A stretch of 61,441 nucleotides of DNA, counting the filler. It is 7 parts of 7 records of this genome, joined end to end, with 100 filler letters (N's around TTAATTAATTAA, not from the genome) between each part and the next. Parts side by side here need not be neighbours in the genome. Positions count along the whole stretch, not along the records: positions 36,923 to 46,684 come from SRR31156797_21413; positions 46,785 to 56,072 come from SRR31156797_21420; 5 more parts are not named here. The stretch is one strand, 5' to 3'. Position 1 is the stretch's first letter, and every line of letters begins with the position of its first letter. Below are positions 40,758 to 50,828 of this stretch, piece by piece. Position numbers and translations under genes: made by a program. The notes below the pieces were generated by a model. That model was not told the origin of the DNA and did not search any database. It was given only the letters and a program-made list of their open reading frames with translations.

Positions 40758-41735
40758 ATGGATAAAAAAGGATATATCAAAGAGTTTGTAAATCATCATT
40801 TCAAACACTTCAACGCAGCGGCACTTGTAGATGCTGCTGATGCCTACCAGGCACAATTAGACAAAGGCAATAAAATGATGATCACCCTGGCAGGCGCAAT
40901 GAGTACTGCTGAACTGGGAAAATCATTAGCTGAAATGATTCGTGAGGATAAAGTTCAAATAATTTCTTGCACAGGTGCTAACCTTGAAGAAGATATCATG
41001 AATCTGGTTGCACATAAAAGCTATAAACGCGTGCCTGAATATCGTGATCTTACTCCAAAACAAGAATGGGAATTACTGGAAAAAGGGTTGAATCGCGTTA
41101 CGGATACATGTATACCTGAAGAGGAAGCATTCCGTAGACTTCAACAGCATATTTTCGATATTTGGAAAGATGCAGAAGAAAAAGGAGAAAGACTTTTCCC
41201 TCATGAATTTATGTATCGCATGTTAAATTCAGGTGTGCTGGAACAGTATTATGAAATTGATCCGAAAAACAGTTGGATGCTAGCCGCTGCTGAAAAGAAT
41301 CTGCCAATAGTTGTTCCCGGATGGGAAGACTCAACCATGGGAAATATTTTTGCCTCATATTGTATCAAAGGTGAGTTGAATCCACAAACTATGAAGTCCG
41401 GCATTGAGTACATGATGTGGCTGGCAGATTGGTATACAGAGAACACACAGGAAAATAAAATCGGATTCTTCCAGATTGGTGGTGGCATAGCAGGAGATTT
41501 CCCAATTTGTGTAGTACCAATGCTTTATCAGGATTTGGAACGTGAAACAACGCCTTTCTGGGATTACTTCTGTCAAATATCTGATTCAACAACCAGTTAT
41601 GGATCATACTCAGGTGCAGTTCCCAATGAAAAAATAACCTGGGGAAAATTGGATATCGATACACCAAAATTCATAATTGAATCAGATGCTACCATTGTAG
41701 CCCCGATCATTTTTTCATATCTTTTGGGGTATTAA
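40758..41735 (+). CDS. Deoxyhypusine synthase-like protein (probable homospermidine synthase)
   Basis: TGANLEED, NRVTD, IGGG, SYSGAVPNEKITWGK, ESDATI. Confidence 0.9.
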   Translation: MDKKGYIKEFVNHHFKHFNAAALVDAADAYQAQLDKGNKMMITLAGAMSTAELGKSLAEMIREDKVQIISCTGANLEEDIMNLVAHKSYKRVPEYRDLTPKQEWELLEKGLNRVTDTCIPEEEAFRRLQQHIFDIWKDAEEKGERLFPHEFMYRMLNSGVLEQYYEIDPKNSWMLAAAEKNLPIVVPGWEDSTMGNIFASYCIKGELNPQTMKSGIEYMMWLADWYTENTQENKIGFFQIGGGIAGDFPICVVPMLYQDLERETTPFWDYFCQISDSTTSYGSYSGAVPNEKITWGKLDIDTPKFIIESDATIVAPIIFSYLLGY

Positions 41736-41750
41736 TTAATAGCCTAATTT

Positions 41751-42512
41751 ATGAAGCAGTGGTACGAGCAACTATTTGAAAATTACGGAAATAAATATGA
41801 CACAGAGCCATTCACTCAGGGCACCTTGGGTGAATGTGACTTTTTGGAGAAAGAATTATCATACCATAAATCAAAAAAGATTTTAGATATTGGATGCGGA
41901 ACAGGTAGACATACCATTGAACTTCGCAAAAGAGGTTATAACTCAATAGGAGTTGATTTATCTGAAAACATGTTGCAAAAAGCTCGTGAAAAAGCTGCAT
42001 CACAAAATCTGACTATTCATTTTGAGCAACAAGACGCAAGAAAGCTACCCTACAAAGAGGAATTCGATTTTGCCATTATGCTTTGCGAAGGAGGGTTTTC
42101 ACTGATGGAAACCGACGAAATGAATTTCGCTATTCTTCAAAGTGCAGCTAATTCTTTAAAACCCGGAGGTAAATTTATATTTACATGTCTCAACGGCCTT
42201 TTCCCATTATTTAATTCTGTAAAAGAATTCATGGAAAAAGAAGCTACCGAAGCACAAGCACAATATAGCAATCACAGCTTTGACCTTATGACATTCCGCG
42301 ACCATAACATCACCAGTCTAACCGATGATGATGGCAATGAAATAAAGCTGGAATGCAATGAAAGATATTATGTTCCATCAGAAATAACCTGGCAATTGAA
42401 ATCACTCGGATTTAAAAAAATTGATATTTATAGTGCTAAATTGGGTGCTTTTAGTCGTGAGGACGAACTTACTACTAATGATTTCGAAATGTTGGTGATA
42501 GCAGAAAAATAA
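41751..42512 (+). CDS. Class I SAM-dependent methyltransferase
   Basis: ILDIGCGTGRH, GVDLS, LKPGG. Confidence 0.9.
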   Translation: MKQWYEQLFENYGNKYDTEPFTQGTLGECDFLEKELSYHKSKKILDIGCGTGRHTIELRKRGYNSIGVDLSENMLQKAREKAASQNLTIHFEQQDARKLPYKEEFDFAIMLCEGGFSLMETDEMNFAILQSAANSLKPGGKFIFTCLNGLFPLFNSVKEFMEKEATEAQAQYSNHSFDLMTFRDHNITSLTDDDGNEIKLECNERYYVPSEITWQLKSLGFKKIDIYSAKLGAFSREDELTTNDFEMLVIAEK

Positions 42513-42523
42513 AAGATACTAAT

Positions 42524-42706
42524 ATGAAGAAAAAAATAGCGGATATTTTAGTGATAATTCTTTTGGGAGCATTTGGAATAATTGTTAATGAATTTGGGTT
42601 CTTAGCATCTTATGGACAATTCTTGGTTTTACCCTTAATCATAATTTATTACATAGGACAAATTGTCGAAAGGAAGTTTAAAACCCCGAAATCCGCTGAT
42701 AAATAA
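42524..42706 (+). CDS. Small two-TM hypothetical protein
   Basis: Two hydrophobic segments and a basic tail; 11 bp after the methyltransferase. Confidence 0.55.
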   Translation: MKKKIADILVIILLGAFGIIVNEFGFLASYGQFLVLPLIIIYYIGQIVERKFKTPKSADK

Positions 42707-42714
42707 ACATTTTG

Positions 42715-42722
42715 TATATTTG
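42715..42722 (+). promoter_or_regulatory. Bacteroidota-type -7 promoter element
   Basis: TATATTTG fits TAnnTTTG; a similar TAATTTTG lies at 44145-44152. Confidence 0.5.
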
Positions 42723-42789
42723 TAATACAGGGACAAATAATAATCATTTTACTTGAGCGTTTTAGATTGATAACCCAAACAATTGAACC

Positions 42790-43200
42790 ATGAAAAAACT
42801 ACTTATCGTTACATCCATAATGCTAGGAATGTTCACCATGTCGTTGGCACAAAACCTAACTGCAATAACCACAAAAAAGGACTTTGATAAAAATGTCAAC
42901 CAGGAAGTTGAATTGATTGGCTATTATAAAACCATGATGCTGCCTGAAAGTGCCAGACCAGACAGTCCAAAAAAACCATCCAAAAGAGTTTATATCGAAC
43001 TTAGCGATGGTGAACATATCGCATTAGAAACACACGACGCAGGCATACGTCCTGTAAAAGAAAAGGTCAAATTACTCAACAAAAAAGTAAAAGTTACCGG
43101 AACGCTTCATGCTAATCATCAACTATGGGGCACCAACATGGAGGCCGCCATTGTAATGGATGCCATAAAGGATGTAAAAAGTGTAAACCCTGCTAAATAA
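42790..43200 (+). CDS. Secreted hypothetical protein, possible OB fold
   Basis: Signal peptide ending SLA-Q; NQEVELIG and NKKVKVTGTL. Confidence 0.6.
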   Translation: MKKLLIVTSIMLGMFTMSLAQNLTAITTKKDFDKNVNQEVELIGYYKTMMLPESARPDSPKKPSKRVYIELSDGEHIALETHDAGIRPVKEKVKLLNKKVKVTGTLHANHQLWGTNMEAAIVMDAIKDVKSVNPAK

Positions 43201-43205
43201 AATCT

Positions 43206-44126
43206 ATGTACTTCATGAAATTAATCTATGTGGCAATTATTGTATTGACCACCCAAATCTTCTATGCTCAAATTGAAATAAAAGGCAAAATTATTGACAA
43301 TGAAAACAATGAACCTCTGCCCTTTGCCACTATAGAATCACCGAAGCATAAAACAGGAACCATTGCTGATGAGAATGGCTTTTTTATTCTAAATCTACCA
43401 AAAGGTTCATCAAAAAGCGATACTTTATCTATTTCTTTTTTAGGATATAACACTAGCTCAATTACAGTTGAAACTATTCAATCGAATCAAATAATTACTT
43501 TAGACATCAATGATGTTTTACTCAAAGAAGTAGTCGTAAAACCAAAAAAATATAAGACCAAAACTTTGGGCATTACAGCAAAGAAACCATGGAAAGCTCA
43601 ATATGCCAACATATTTAGTGGTATGCTTGGAAACTATATTGACAATCCAAAAGGTAAAATTGGATGGATTTCAAAAGTGCGATTTTATATTGCAGATGAA
43701 GGATATCCCACAACACCTTTTCGTATTAGAATATTTCATAAAAATCCTGAAACAGGTCACCCTGGTGATGAGCTTCTTCATAAAAGTGTAGTTGTGAGTG
43801 CGACTGAAAGTGGCTGGCTTACATGTGATATTTCTGAATACAATATTCCCTTTCCCGAAGAAGGAGCATTTGTTGTAATGGAATGGATTAACTCAGGAGA
43901 GCAATATTATTACCAAAAAGAGCTCTCTCAAAGGATAAAAGGTACAGATCAAACCCAAATGACTAAAAGACGATTTTATGGCCAAGCTTTAGCCACTGTT
44001 AATCGCCAGCCCAAGATGGTTTTGTATGGGCGTGGATTTGGTCAGGAATGGTTCCCATACTATTTTAAAAACAGAGGTTATATCAATGCCATGATCAATG
44101 TGGATGTGAATTTTGAGGTGAAGTAA
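43206..44126 (+). CDS. Carboxypeptidase-regulatory-like domain protein
   Basis: IKGKIID..EPLPFATI..GTIADENGFF..ISFLGY..LKEVVV. Confidence 0.8.
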   Translation: MYFMKLIYVAIIVLTTQIFYAQIEIKGKIIDNENNEPLPFATIESPKHKTGTIADENGFFILNLPKGSSKSDTLSISFLGYNTSSITVETIQSNQIITLDINDVLLKEVVVKPKKYKTKTLGITAKKPWKAQYANIFSGMLGNYIDNPKGKIGWISKVRFYIADEGYPTTPFRIRIFHKNPETGHPGDELLHKSVVVSATESGWLTCDISEYNIPFPEEGAFVVMEWINSGEQYYYQKELSQRIKGTDQTQMTKRRFYGQALATVNRQPKMVLYGRGFGQEWFPYYFKNRGYINAMINVDVNFEVK

Positions 44127-44171
44127 TTAAAAAAGAAAAAATTATAATTTTGCATTAGCAAAAACAAGATT

Positions 44172-44708
44172 ATGGACAAGCAAAACAATGGCATCGTAGT
44201 TCCTGACGAAATTATAATGAACAGAATTTATTATATCCGGGATCAAAAGGTAATGATCGACAGCGACTTAGCTAATCTATATGGTGTAGAGACAAAAAGA
44301 CTAAATGAGCAAGTCAAACGAAATATCAATCGGTTTCCGGAAGATTTCATGTTTCAACTTAATAATAAGGAGTTTATTAACTTGAAGTCGCAATTTGCGA
44401 CCTCAAGTTGGGGAGGTAGAAGAAATCCGCCCTATGCATTTACTGAGCATGGAGTACTGATGCTTTCTAGTGTATTAAATAGCGATAAAGCTATCAAAGT
44501 AAATATTCAAATTATGAGAATATTTACAAAAGTCAGAGCTTTGATTACTGATAATCTTAGCGTCAAACTCGAAATCGAAGAAATAAAAAAGAAGCTTAGT
44601 AATCAAGATCAAAACATTGAACTGGTATTTTCTTATCTTGATGAACTAATGGAAAAACAGGAAAACCCTGAACCGAGAAGACAAATTGGGTATAAGAGAA
44701 ATAAATAG
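44172..44708 (+). CDS. ORF6N-domain DNA-binding protein
   Basis: IRDQKVMIDSDLA.LYGVET, VKRNINRFPEDFMFQL, PYAFTEHGV.MLSSVL. Confidence 0.9.
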   Translation: MDKQNNGIVVPDEIIMNRIYYIRDQKVMIDSDLANLYGVETKRLNEQVKRNINRFPEDFMFQLNNKEFINLKSQFATSSWGGRRNPPYAFTEHGVLMLSSVLNSDKAIKVNIQIMRIFTKVRALITDNLSVKLEIEEIKKKLSNQDQNIELVFSYLDELMEKQENPEPRRQIGYKRNK

Positions 44709-44714
44709 CTTATA

Positions 44715-45041
44715 ATGAGAAAACTCGATTTTATATATTTCCACTTTTACAGTATAACAAAACTATTTAAAGCCGAATTTCTTACTCCTTGGCTCCTTTT
44801 GTACATACTTTTAGCCATTTTTATCATTATTCTTAAACTATTAAAGTTTGATAATTCTGTGGATATTGCAATAATACTCATGATCCCACTGGCAATAATA
44901 ATTTATTCACGATATTATAATGTAAAAGTTGATTCGCATCCAATTATTTCTAGTTTTAGTAATATTAAAAACACTAAAACTAGAAATATTATTACAGGAA
45001 GCATTATAGTGGGCAGTATTTTAATATTAAATATAGTTTAA
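44715..45041 (+). CDS. Hypothetical membrane protein
   Basis: Three hydrophobic segments, very AT-rich. Confidence 0.5.
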   Translation: MRKLDFIYFHFYSITKLFKAEFLTPWLLLYILLAIFIIILKLLKFDNSVDIAIILMIPLAIIIYSRYYNVKVDSHPIISSFSNIKNTKTRNIITGSIIVGSILILNIV

Positions 45042-45126
45042 CCCATATACGCTCGGAAATGATTTCCTTATGCGATGCTACAATCAAACCTCACAGATTG
45101 CAAATTAGAAGTGTTCGAAACCAAAA

Positions 45127-45267
45127 CGCTACCGCGCGAATCTTTCGCGTGGTTTTATTTAAATATAATACTACATTAACTTAAAAAATATCAATTAGCA
45201 GTTTAATTAATTATTAAGACAGCAATAAAATTTTAGCAAAGCCACGCGATGAAATCGCGCGGCAGCG
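45127..45267. repeat. Inverted pair of REP-like hairpins (REPIN/BIME-like)
   Basis: CGCTACCGCGCGAATCTTTCGCGTGGTTTT and its imperfect inverse AAAGCCACGCGATGAAATCGCGCGGCAGCG around an AT-rich spacer. Confidence 0.75.
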
Positions 45268-45268
45268 C

Positions 45269-45301
45269 AAAAAAAAACGGCCTCTCATATGAGCAGCCGT
45301 T
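45269..45301 (-). terminator. Intrinsic terminator of folD
   Basis: AACGGC..CTCA-TA-TGAG..GCCGTT stem followed by a T run on the minus strand. Confidence 0.7.
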
Positions 45302-45320
45302 CCAAATATATCAATACTTC

Positions 45321-46199
45321 TTATTTCTCTTTCATCTCCACTGCCATCAAAGTGTTTTTCAGCAATGATGCAATGGTCATTGGGCCTACGCCGCCTGGAA
45401 CGGGTGTGATGTAACTGGTTTTTTCTTTTACCTCATCAAAGGCTACGTCGCCTTTTAGTTTCCAGCCACTTTTAGTTTGGTCTGATTTTACACGGGTTGT
45501 ACCTACGTCAATTACCACGGCACCCTCTTTCACCATATCGGCTTTTACAAACTCTGGTGCTCCCAACGCTGCAATAATAATATCAGCCTGACGAGTAATT
45601 TCTTCCAAATTCTTTGTGCGACTGTGACACATTGTAACAGTAGCATTACCGGGCTTAGCTTTACGCGACATTAACAATGTCATTGGTGTACCCACAATGT
45701 GACTGCGACCTAAAACAACGCAATGCTTGCCTTCTGTTTCAATATTGTAACGGTCCAATAGTTCCATAATTCCAGCAGGAGTTGCTGGTAAGAATGTTGG
45801 CATACCAGCTACTAGTTTACCCATTGAAATAGGGTGAAATCCATCCACATCTTTTGAAGGATCAATGGTTTCAATTACTTTCTCTTCTGAAATATGTTTT
45901 GGCAATGGTAACTGAACTAATAGACCATCAATGTCGGCATCGTCATTGATTTCACGTATTTTATTAAGCAATTCTTCTTCTGAAACAGTGTCAGGGTAAT
46001 CAATTTTTGTGGATTTGAACCCAACCTGCTCACAAGATTTCACTTTCATGTTCACATACGTTTGGCTTCCACCATCTTCACCCACCAAAATAACTGCCAG
46101 ATGAGGAATTTTTAATCCTTTTTCATTACGTTCAGAAACTTTTTGAGCAATCTCATCTTTGAGTTGCTGTGATATTTTTTTACCGTCGATCAATTCCAT
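45321..46199 (-). CDS. folD: Methylenetetrahydrofolate dehydrogenase/cyclohydrolase
   Basis: [34 protein letters not shown]. Confidence 0.97.
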   Translation of the reverse strand: MELIDGKKISQQLKDEIAQKVSERNEKGLKIPHLAVILVGEDGGSQTYVNMKVKSCEQVGFKSTKIDYPDTVSEEELLNKIREINDDADIDGLLVQLPLPKHISEEKVIETIDPSKDVDGFHPISMGKLVAGMPTFLPATPAGIMELLDRYNIETEGKHCVVLGRSHIVGTPMTLLMSRKAKPGNATVTMCHSRTKNLEEITRQADIIIAALGAPEFVKADMVKEGAVVIDVGTTRVKSDQTKSGWKLKGDVAFDEVKEKTSYITPVPGGVGPMTIASLLKNTLMAVEMKEK

Positions 46200-46219
46200 T
46201 ACCTGTCTTCTTTTGAATA

Positions 46220-46684
46220 TTATTGTTGTTGCGGCATATTGCGCATCATATTTTTCATTTTACCTGAAGTCATCATCTTCATCATTTTGCGTGTTTCAGC
46301 AAATTGTTTGATCAAACGATTTACCTCTTGTACATCAGTACCACTACCATTTGCAATACGTTTGCGTCGTGAACCATTTATCAGATTTGGCTGTTTACGC
46401 TCCTCTTTGGTCATTGATTTAATGATGGCTTCAATACCTTTGAATGCATCATCGTCAATATCCATTTTCTTAAGCGCCTTACCAACTCCGGGAATCATTG
46501 AAGCTAACTCTTTGATGTTACCCATTTTCTTGATTTGCTGAATTTGGCTTAGGAAATCATCAAAATCGAATTGGTTTTTGGCCAACTTTTTATTTAGTTT
46601 ACGTGCTTCGTCAGCATCGTATTGCTCCTGGGCTCGCTCCACAAGTGAAACAACATCACCCATACCCAAAATACGGTCGGCCAT
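46220..46684 (-). CDS. ffh: Signal recognition particle protein, C-terminal M domain, partial
   Basis: [32 protein letters not shown]. Confidence 0.96.
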   Translation of the reverse strand: MADRILGMGDVVSLVERAQEQYDADEARKLNKKLAKNQFDFDDFLSQIQQIKKMGNIKELASMIPGVGKALKKMDIDDDAFKGIEAIIKSMTKEERKQPNLINGSRRKRIANGSGTDVQEVNRLIKQFAETRKMMKMMTSGKMKNMMRNMPQQQ

Positions 46685-46784
46685 NNNNNNNNNNNNNNNN
46701 NNNNNNNNNNNNNNNNNNNNNNNNNNNNTTAATTAATTAANNNNNNNNNNNNNNNNNNNNNNNNNNNNNNNNNNNNNNNNNNNN
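46685..46784. other. Artificial contig linker
   Basis: N44-TTAATTAATTAA-N44. Confidence 0.99.
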
Positions 46785-46981
46785 AGATTGAAAAACAAAA
46801 AAGAGGTTACTATTATGTAATCTATTTTAAAGCTCCATCTGAGTCTATTAAAGAATTAGAGAGAAATTTCAAAGTTAATGAAAATGTTATAAGATTTATT
46901 TTTGTAAAATATGAAAATAAAGCAGAGATCGCTCAATGGACTAAAATGTCAACTGAAGCATCTAAGAAGGCTGATAAGTAA
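46785..46981 (+). CDS. rpsF: 30S ribosomal protein S6, C-terminal part (absent from the ORF track)
   Basis: [32 protein letters not shown]; rpsF-ssb-rpsR order. Confidence 0.92.
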
Positions 46982-47018
46982 TTATCACTCATATAACTAA
47001 AGTTGCAAAGGGGTACAA

Positions 47019-47582
47019 ATGTATAATAAAGTTATCATGATAGGAAATTTAACAAGAGATATTGAACTAAGATATCTCCCATCAGGTATAGCTATTGCAA
47101 AAAGTGCAATTGCAACTAGTCATAGATATAAAGGCTCAGACGGTCAACAAAAAGAGGAAGTTTGTTTTTTAGATTTTAATGTATTTGGAAAAGCAGCTGA
47201 GATATTAAACCAATATGTGAGAAAAGGTTCAAAAGTTATGCTTGAAGGGCGATTAGTTTTTGAACAATGGCAGGCAAATGATGGAACAAATCGAAACCGT
47301 CATACACTAAGAGTTGATGAATTTAAATTTTTAGACTCTAAAGCTGACTCTCAAAATACGGGTGGAGGATATTCTCAACCACAGCAACAAATGCCAAATA
47401 ATCAAGGGTACAACCAACAACCTCAGGCTCAAAGCTATAACCAAGCTCAAGCGATGCCTTATGACAATAACAACTATAATAAACCAAAACAAGGTGGAAT
47501 GCAAAATCGGCAAGAGGAGATCGAACCGTATGAGCAAAACATTCCAACAATAGATATCGATAACGACGAAATACCGTTTTAG
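47019..47582 (+). CDS. ssb: Single-stranded DNA-binding protein
   Basis: NKVIMIGNLTRDIELRY, Gln-rich linker, DEIPF tail. Confidence 0.97.
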   Translation: MYNKVIMIGNLTRDIELRYLPSGIAIAKSAIATSHRYKGSDGQQKEEVCFLDFNVFGKAAEILNQYVRKGSKVMLEGRLVFEQWQANDGTNRNRHTLRVDEFKFLDSKADSQNTGGGYSQPQQQMPNNQGYNQQPQAQSYNQAQAMPYDNNNYNKPKQGGMQNRQEEIEPYEQNIPTIDIDNDEIPF

Positions 47583-47597
47583 AAAAAGGAAATAAAA

Positions 47598-47858
47598 ATG
47601 GCTGAAAGAAGAAAATTCGCAAAAAAATATTGTAAATACTCTGCAATGAAACTTGATTTCATTGATTATAAAAACACTGATCTTTTAAAGATCTCTTTAA
47701 GTGAAAGAGGTAAGATTATGCCAAGACGTCTTACTGGTACTTCAAAAACTTACCAAGAGCAAGTTGAAAAAGCGATTAAAAGAGCAAGACATATGGCACT
47801 TGTACCATATATCGTAGATACTCAAAATGTAACTGAGTCTGCATACTCTAAATATTAA
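47598..47858 (+). CDS. rpsR: 30S ribosomal protein S18
   Basis: [24 protein letters not shown]. Confidence 0.97.
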   Translation: MAERRKFAKKYCKYSAMKLDFIDYKNTDLLKISLSERGKIMPRRLTGTSKTYQEQVEKAIKRARHMALVPYIVDTQNVTESAYSKY

Positions 47859-47873
47859 TAGAAATAATATACT

Positions 47874-47908
47874 AAAAAAGGGGAAGCTTTATAGCTTCCC
47901 CTTTTTTT
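47874..47908 (+). terminator. Intrinsic terminator after rpsR
   Basis: AAAAAAGGGGAAGCT-TTAT-AGCTTCCCCTTTTTTT. Confidence 0.9.
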
Positions 47909-47974
47909 ATGCCCAAATATTAAGCAGTATTTTGTTACAATCGCGGAAAATTTTATAAAATAGAAGAAGAAACA

Positions 47975-49792
47975 ATGAGAGAAATAAGAAACATTGCCGT
48001 AATCGCACACGTTGACCACGGAAAAACTACACTTGTAGATGAGCTTTTAAAACAGTCTGGTACTTTTGATGAAAGAACAGAAACTGAAGAAAGAATGATG
48101 GATAGCAATGCTATTGAGAAAGAAAGAGGGATTACAATCCTTTCTAAAAACACTGCTATTGACTATGAGGGTGTAAGAATTAATATCATCGACACTCCAG
48201 GCCACGCCGATTTTGGGGGAGAAGTTGAACGGGTATTAAAAATGGTTGACTCAGTTCTTTTACTTGTTGATGCACAAGAGGGTGTTATGCCACAAACTAA
48301 GTTTGTTGTAAAAAAAGCACTTGAACTTGGTCATAGACCAATCGTTGTTGTAAACAAAATCGATAAACCTGCAGCTGAACCTGATAGAGTTGTAGATGAA
48401 GTGTTTGATCTATTTGCTAATATGGATGCAACTGAAGAGCAACTTGAATTCCCTGTAGTATATGCAGCGGCAAGAGATGGTTATGCAAAAGAAAGCCTTG
48501 ATGATGAAAATGTAGATCTTAAACCATTATTCAAAATGATCTTAGAGCATGTTCCTGAGCCTACTGGAAGTGATGATAATGGTCTTCAACTTCAAGTATT
48601 TACACTAGATTATGATAACTTTATCGGTAAAATCGGAATCGCTAGAATCTTTAATGGAACTATCTCTATGGGAGAGACTGTAACTCTTGTTAAAGCTGAT
48701 GGAGAGAGTGTAAAAGGAAGAGTATCTAAACTAATCGGATTTAAAGGTCTTGATAGAATGGAGATCAAAGAAGCAGGACATGGTGATATCGTAGCAGTTG
48801 CTGGATTTGAAACTATTGATGTTGGAGATTCACTGTGTGATCCATCAAACCCAATGCCACTTGATCCTATGCATATTGAAGAGCCTACGCTTTCTGTTAC
48901 TTTTGCAGTTAATAACTCTCCACTAGCTGGTACTGAAGGGAAATTTGTAACTTCTAATAAGATCCAAGAGAGACTTGATGCTGAGATGAATACAAATATT
49001 GCTATGAACTATGAGCAATCTGGTGAGGGTGCATTTAAAGTAAATGGTAGAGGTGAGCTTCAAATCACGATCTTAGCTGAGAATATGAGAAGAGAAGGAT
49101 TTGAATTCTCAATTTCTAGACCAGAAGTTATTATTAAAATTGATGAAAATGGTACAAAAACTGAACCATTTGAGCATCTTGTATGTGATATCCCTGATGA
49201 ATTTAGTGGTTCTGTTATTGAAACTCTTGGAAAAAGAAAAGCGGTAATGTCTAATATGAACCCAATGGGTGATGGATATACAAGAGTTGAATTTGAGATC
49301 CCTGCACGTGGACTTATCGGTTATAGAAATGAGTTTTTAACTGATACTAAAGGTGAGGGAGTTATGAACCACTCATTTTTAGAGTTTAGACCATACTCTG
49401 GTACTGTAACTTCTAGAAAAAATGGTGCTCTTGTTTCTATGGAAAATGGGGAAGCATTAGGATACTCTATCTTTAATCTTCAAGAAAGAGGAACAATGTT
49501 CATCAAACCACAAGATAAAGTATATGGTGGTATGGTTATTGGTGAGCATGCAAGAGAAAATGACCTTGATGTAAACCCAATTAAAGGGAAACAACTTTCA
49601 AATGTTAGATCAAGTGGAGCAGATGATGCTATTAAACTTGTTCCACCGAGAGATCTTAGCTTAGAGTTAGCATTAGAGTGGATTGAAGATGATGAGCTTG
49701 TAGAGATCACTCCACAAACTATTAGAATTAGAAAAAGAGAGCTTGATCCTTCAAAAAGAAGAAGAGCTGAAAAGATCAAAAAAGGTTTATAA
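47975..49792 (+). CDS. typA: Translational GTPase TypA/BipA
   Basis: [36 protein letters not shown]. Confidence 0.98.
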   Translation: MREIRNIAVIAHVDHGKTTLVDELLKQSGTFDERTETEERMMDSNAIEKERGITILSKNTAIDYEGVRINIIDTPGHADFGGEVERVLKMVDSVLLLVDAQEGVMPQTKFVVKKALELGHRPIVVVNKIDKPAAEPDRVVDEVFDLFANMDATEEQLEFPVVYAAARDGYAKESLDDENVDLKPLFKMILEHVPEPTGSDDNGLQLQVFTLDYDNFIGKIGIARIFNGTISMGETVTLVKADGESVKGRVSKLIGFKGLDRMEIKEAGHGDIVAVAGFETIDVGDSLCDPSNPMPLDPMHIEEPTLSVTFAVNNSPLAGTEGKFVTSNKIQERLDAEMNTNIAMNYEQSGEGAFKVNGRGELQITILAENMRREGFEFSISRPEVIIKIDENGTKTEPFEHLVCDIPDEFSGSVIETLGKRKAVMSNMNPMGDGYTRVEFEIPARGLIGYRNEFLTDTKGEGVMNHSFLEFRPYSGTVTSRKNGALVSMENGEALGYSIFNLQERGTMFIKPQDKVYGGMVIGEHARENDLDVNPIKGKQLSNVRSSGADDAIKLVPPRDLSLELALEWIEDDELVEITPQTIRIRKRELDPSKRRRAEKIKKGL

Positions 49793-50202
49793 TAAAACTT
49801 AGTGTCAATTCCCCTTGTCCATGTGGCAGTGGGATAAAATACAAAAAGTGTTGTGGAGTTTTTCATAAAGGAAAACTCCCTACAACTGCGTTAGCACTTA
49901 TGAAGTCACGATATAGTGCATTTGCATTTGGTCACTCAAAATATATCATTAAAACAACTCATCCAGAGAATCCAGACTATACTACTGATACTCACAACTG
50001 GAATCAATCTATTTTAGACTTTTGTAAAAACTGTCATTTTAGCAAACTTGAAGTCTTAGACTTTATAGATGGAGAAAATGAAGCGTATGTAACTTTCCAT
50101 GCCACAATTTTTTGTGGAAATAAAAACCACTCTTTTAGTGAAAAAAGTAAATTTTTCAAAGTTGATAATAGATGGCTTTATCATAGTGGAGAGTTTTTAT
50201 AA
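49792..50202 (+). CDS. ychJ: YchJ-family protein with N-terminal SEC-C motif; probable non-canonical ATA start
   Basis: In-frame CPCGSGIKYKKCC upstream of LMKSRYSAF; EKSKF..WLY. Confidence 0.8.
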   Translation: MKLSVNSPCPCGSGIKYKKCCGVFHKGKLPTTALALMKSRYSAFAFGHSKYIIKTTHPENPDYTTDTHNWNQSILDFCKNCHFSKLEVLDFIDGENEAYVTFHATIFCGNKNHSFSEKSKFFKVDNRWLYHSGEFL

Positions 50203-50248
50203 GTCCATTTTCGATATAATCTTACCCATCTTAAACAAAAGGTTACAA

Positions 50249-50818
50249 GTGAGTTTACAAGAAGATATTAAAAATGTAAAAAAAGAGCTTTCCACTGAAG
50301 AGAGTTTCCTTGAAAGCTTTTTAAAAATCGAAAAATTTTATAAAAAATATAAATCTGCTATTATCGGTTCTGTTATTGTTATTGTGATTGGTGCTATAGG
50401 ATTTTATGGATATTCTTATATGCAATCTCAAAAAAGAATAGAAGCAAACAAAGCCTTTAATCAAGTACTAAAAACCCCTAAAAACCAAACAGCTTTAGCT
50501 GATCTAAAAGAAAAAGATCCATCACTTTACAAAATAGCTTTAATGATGCAAGACACGACAACAAAAACAGATAATCAGTTTTTAAATCAATTAACAGACT
50601 ATACAAAAGCAATAAAAGAGGATAATATCAGTGGGCTTACAGCAGTAACTCAAGAGCAAAACTTTTTATTAAAAGATTTTGCCCTTTTAAATAAAGCTAT
50701 CTTAGAAGCAAAAGAGGGAAAATATACTGAAGCAAAAGCTTCCCTTTCATTGATCCCAAAAGATTCAAATATTCAATCTCTAGCACAAATGCTAGAACAT
50801 TTTTTAATGACAAAATAA
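50249..50818 (+). CDS. Membrane-anchored TPR-like protein (YfgM-like)
   Basis: GTG start after AAAGG; single TM after FYKKYK; helical C-terminus; precedes a beta-propeller lipoprotein. Confidence 0.6.
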   Translation: MSLQEDIKNVKKELSTEESFLESFLKIEKFYKKYKSAIIGSVIVIVIGAIGFYGYSYMQSQKRIEANKAFNQVLKTPKNQTALADLKEKDPSLYKIALMMQDTTTKTDNQFLNQLTDYTKAIKEDNISGLTAVTQEQNFLLKDFALLNKAILEAKEGKYTEAKASLSLIPKDSNIQSLAQMLEHFLMTK

Positions 50819-50828
50819 AGGATATCCC

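Noticed and set aside
44172..44708. Prophage remnant
   Set aside because: Solo ORF6N gene with no other phage genes nearby
45202..45217. Natural TTTAATTAATTATTAA resembling the linker
   Set aside because: No N padding and imperfect; AT-rich spacer inside the REP-like doublet
47598..47858. Zinc-free S18 as a zinc-starvation paralogue
   Set aside because: It is in the core rpsF-ssb-rpsR operon, and Cys-poor S18 is normal for Campylobacterota
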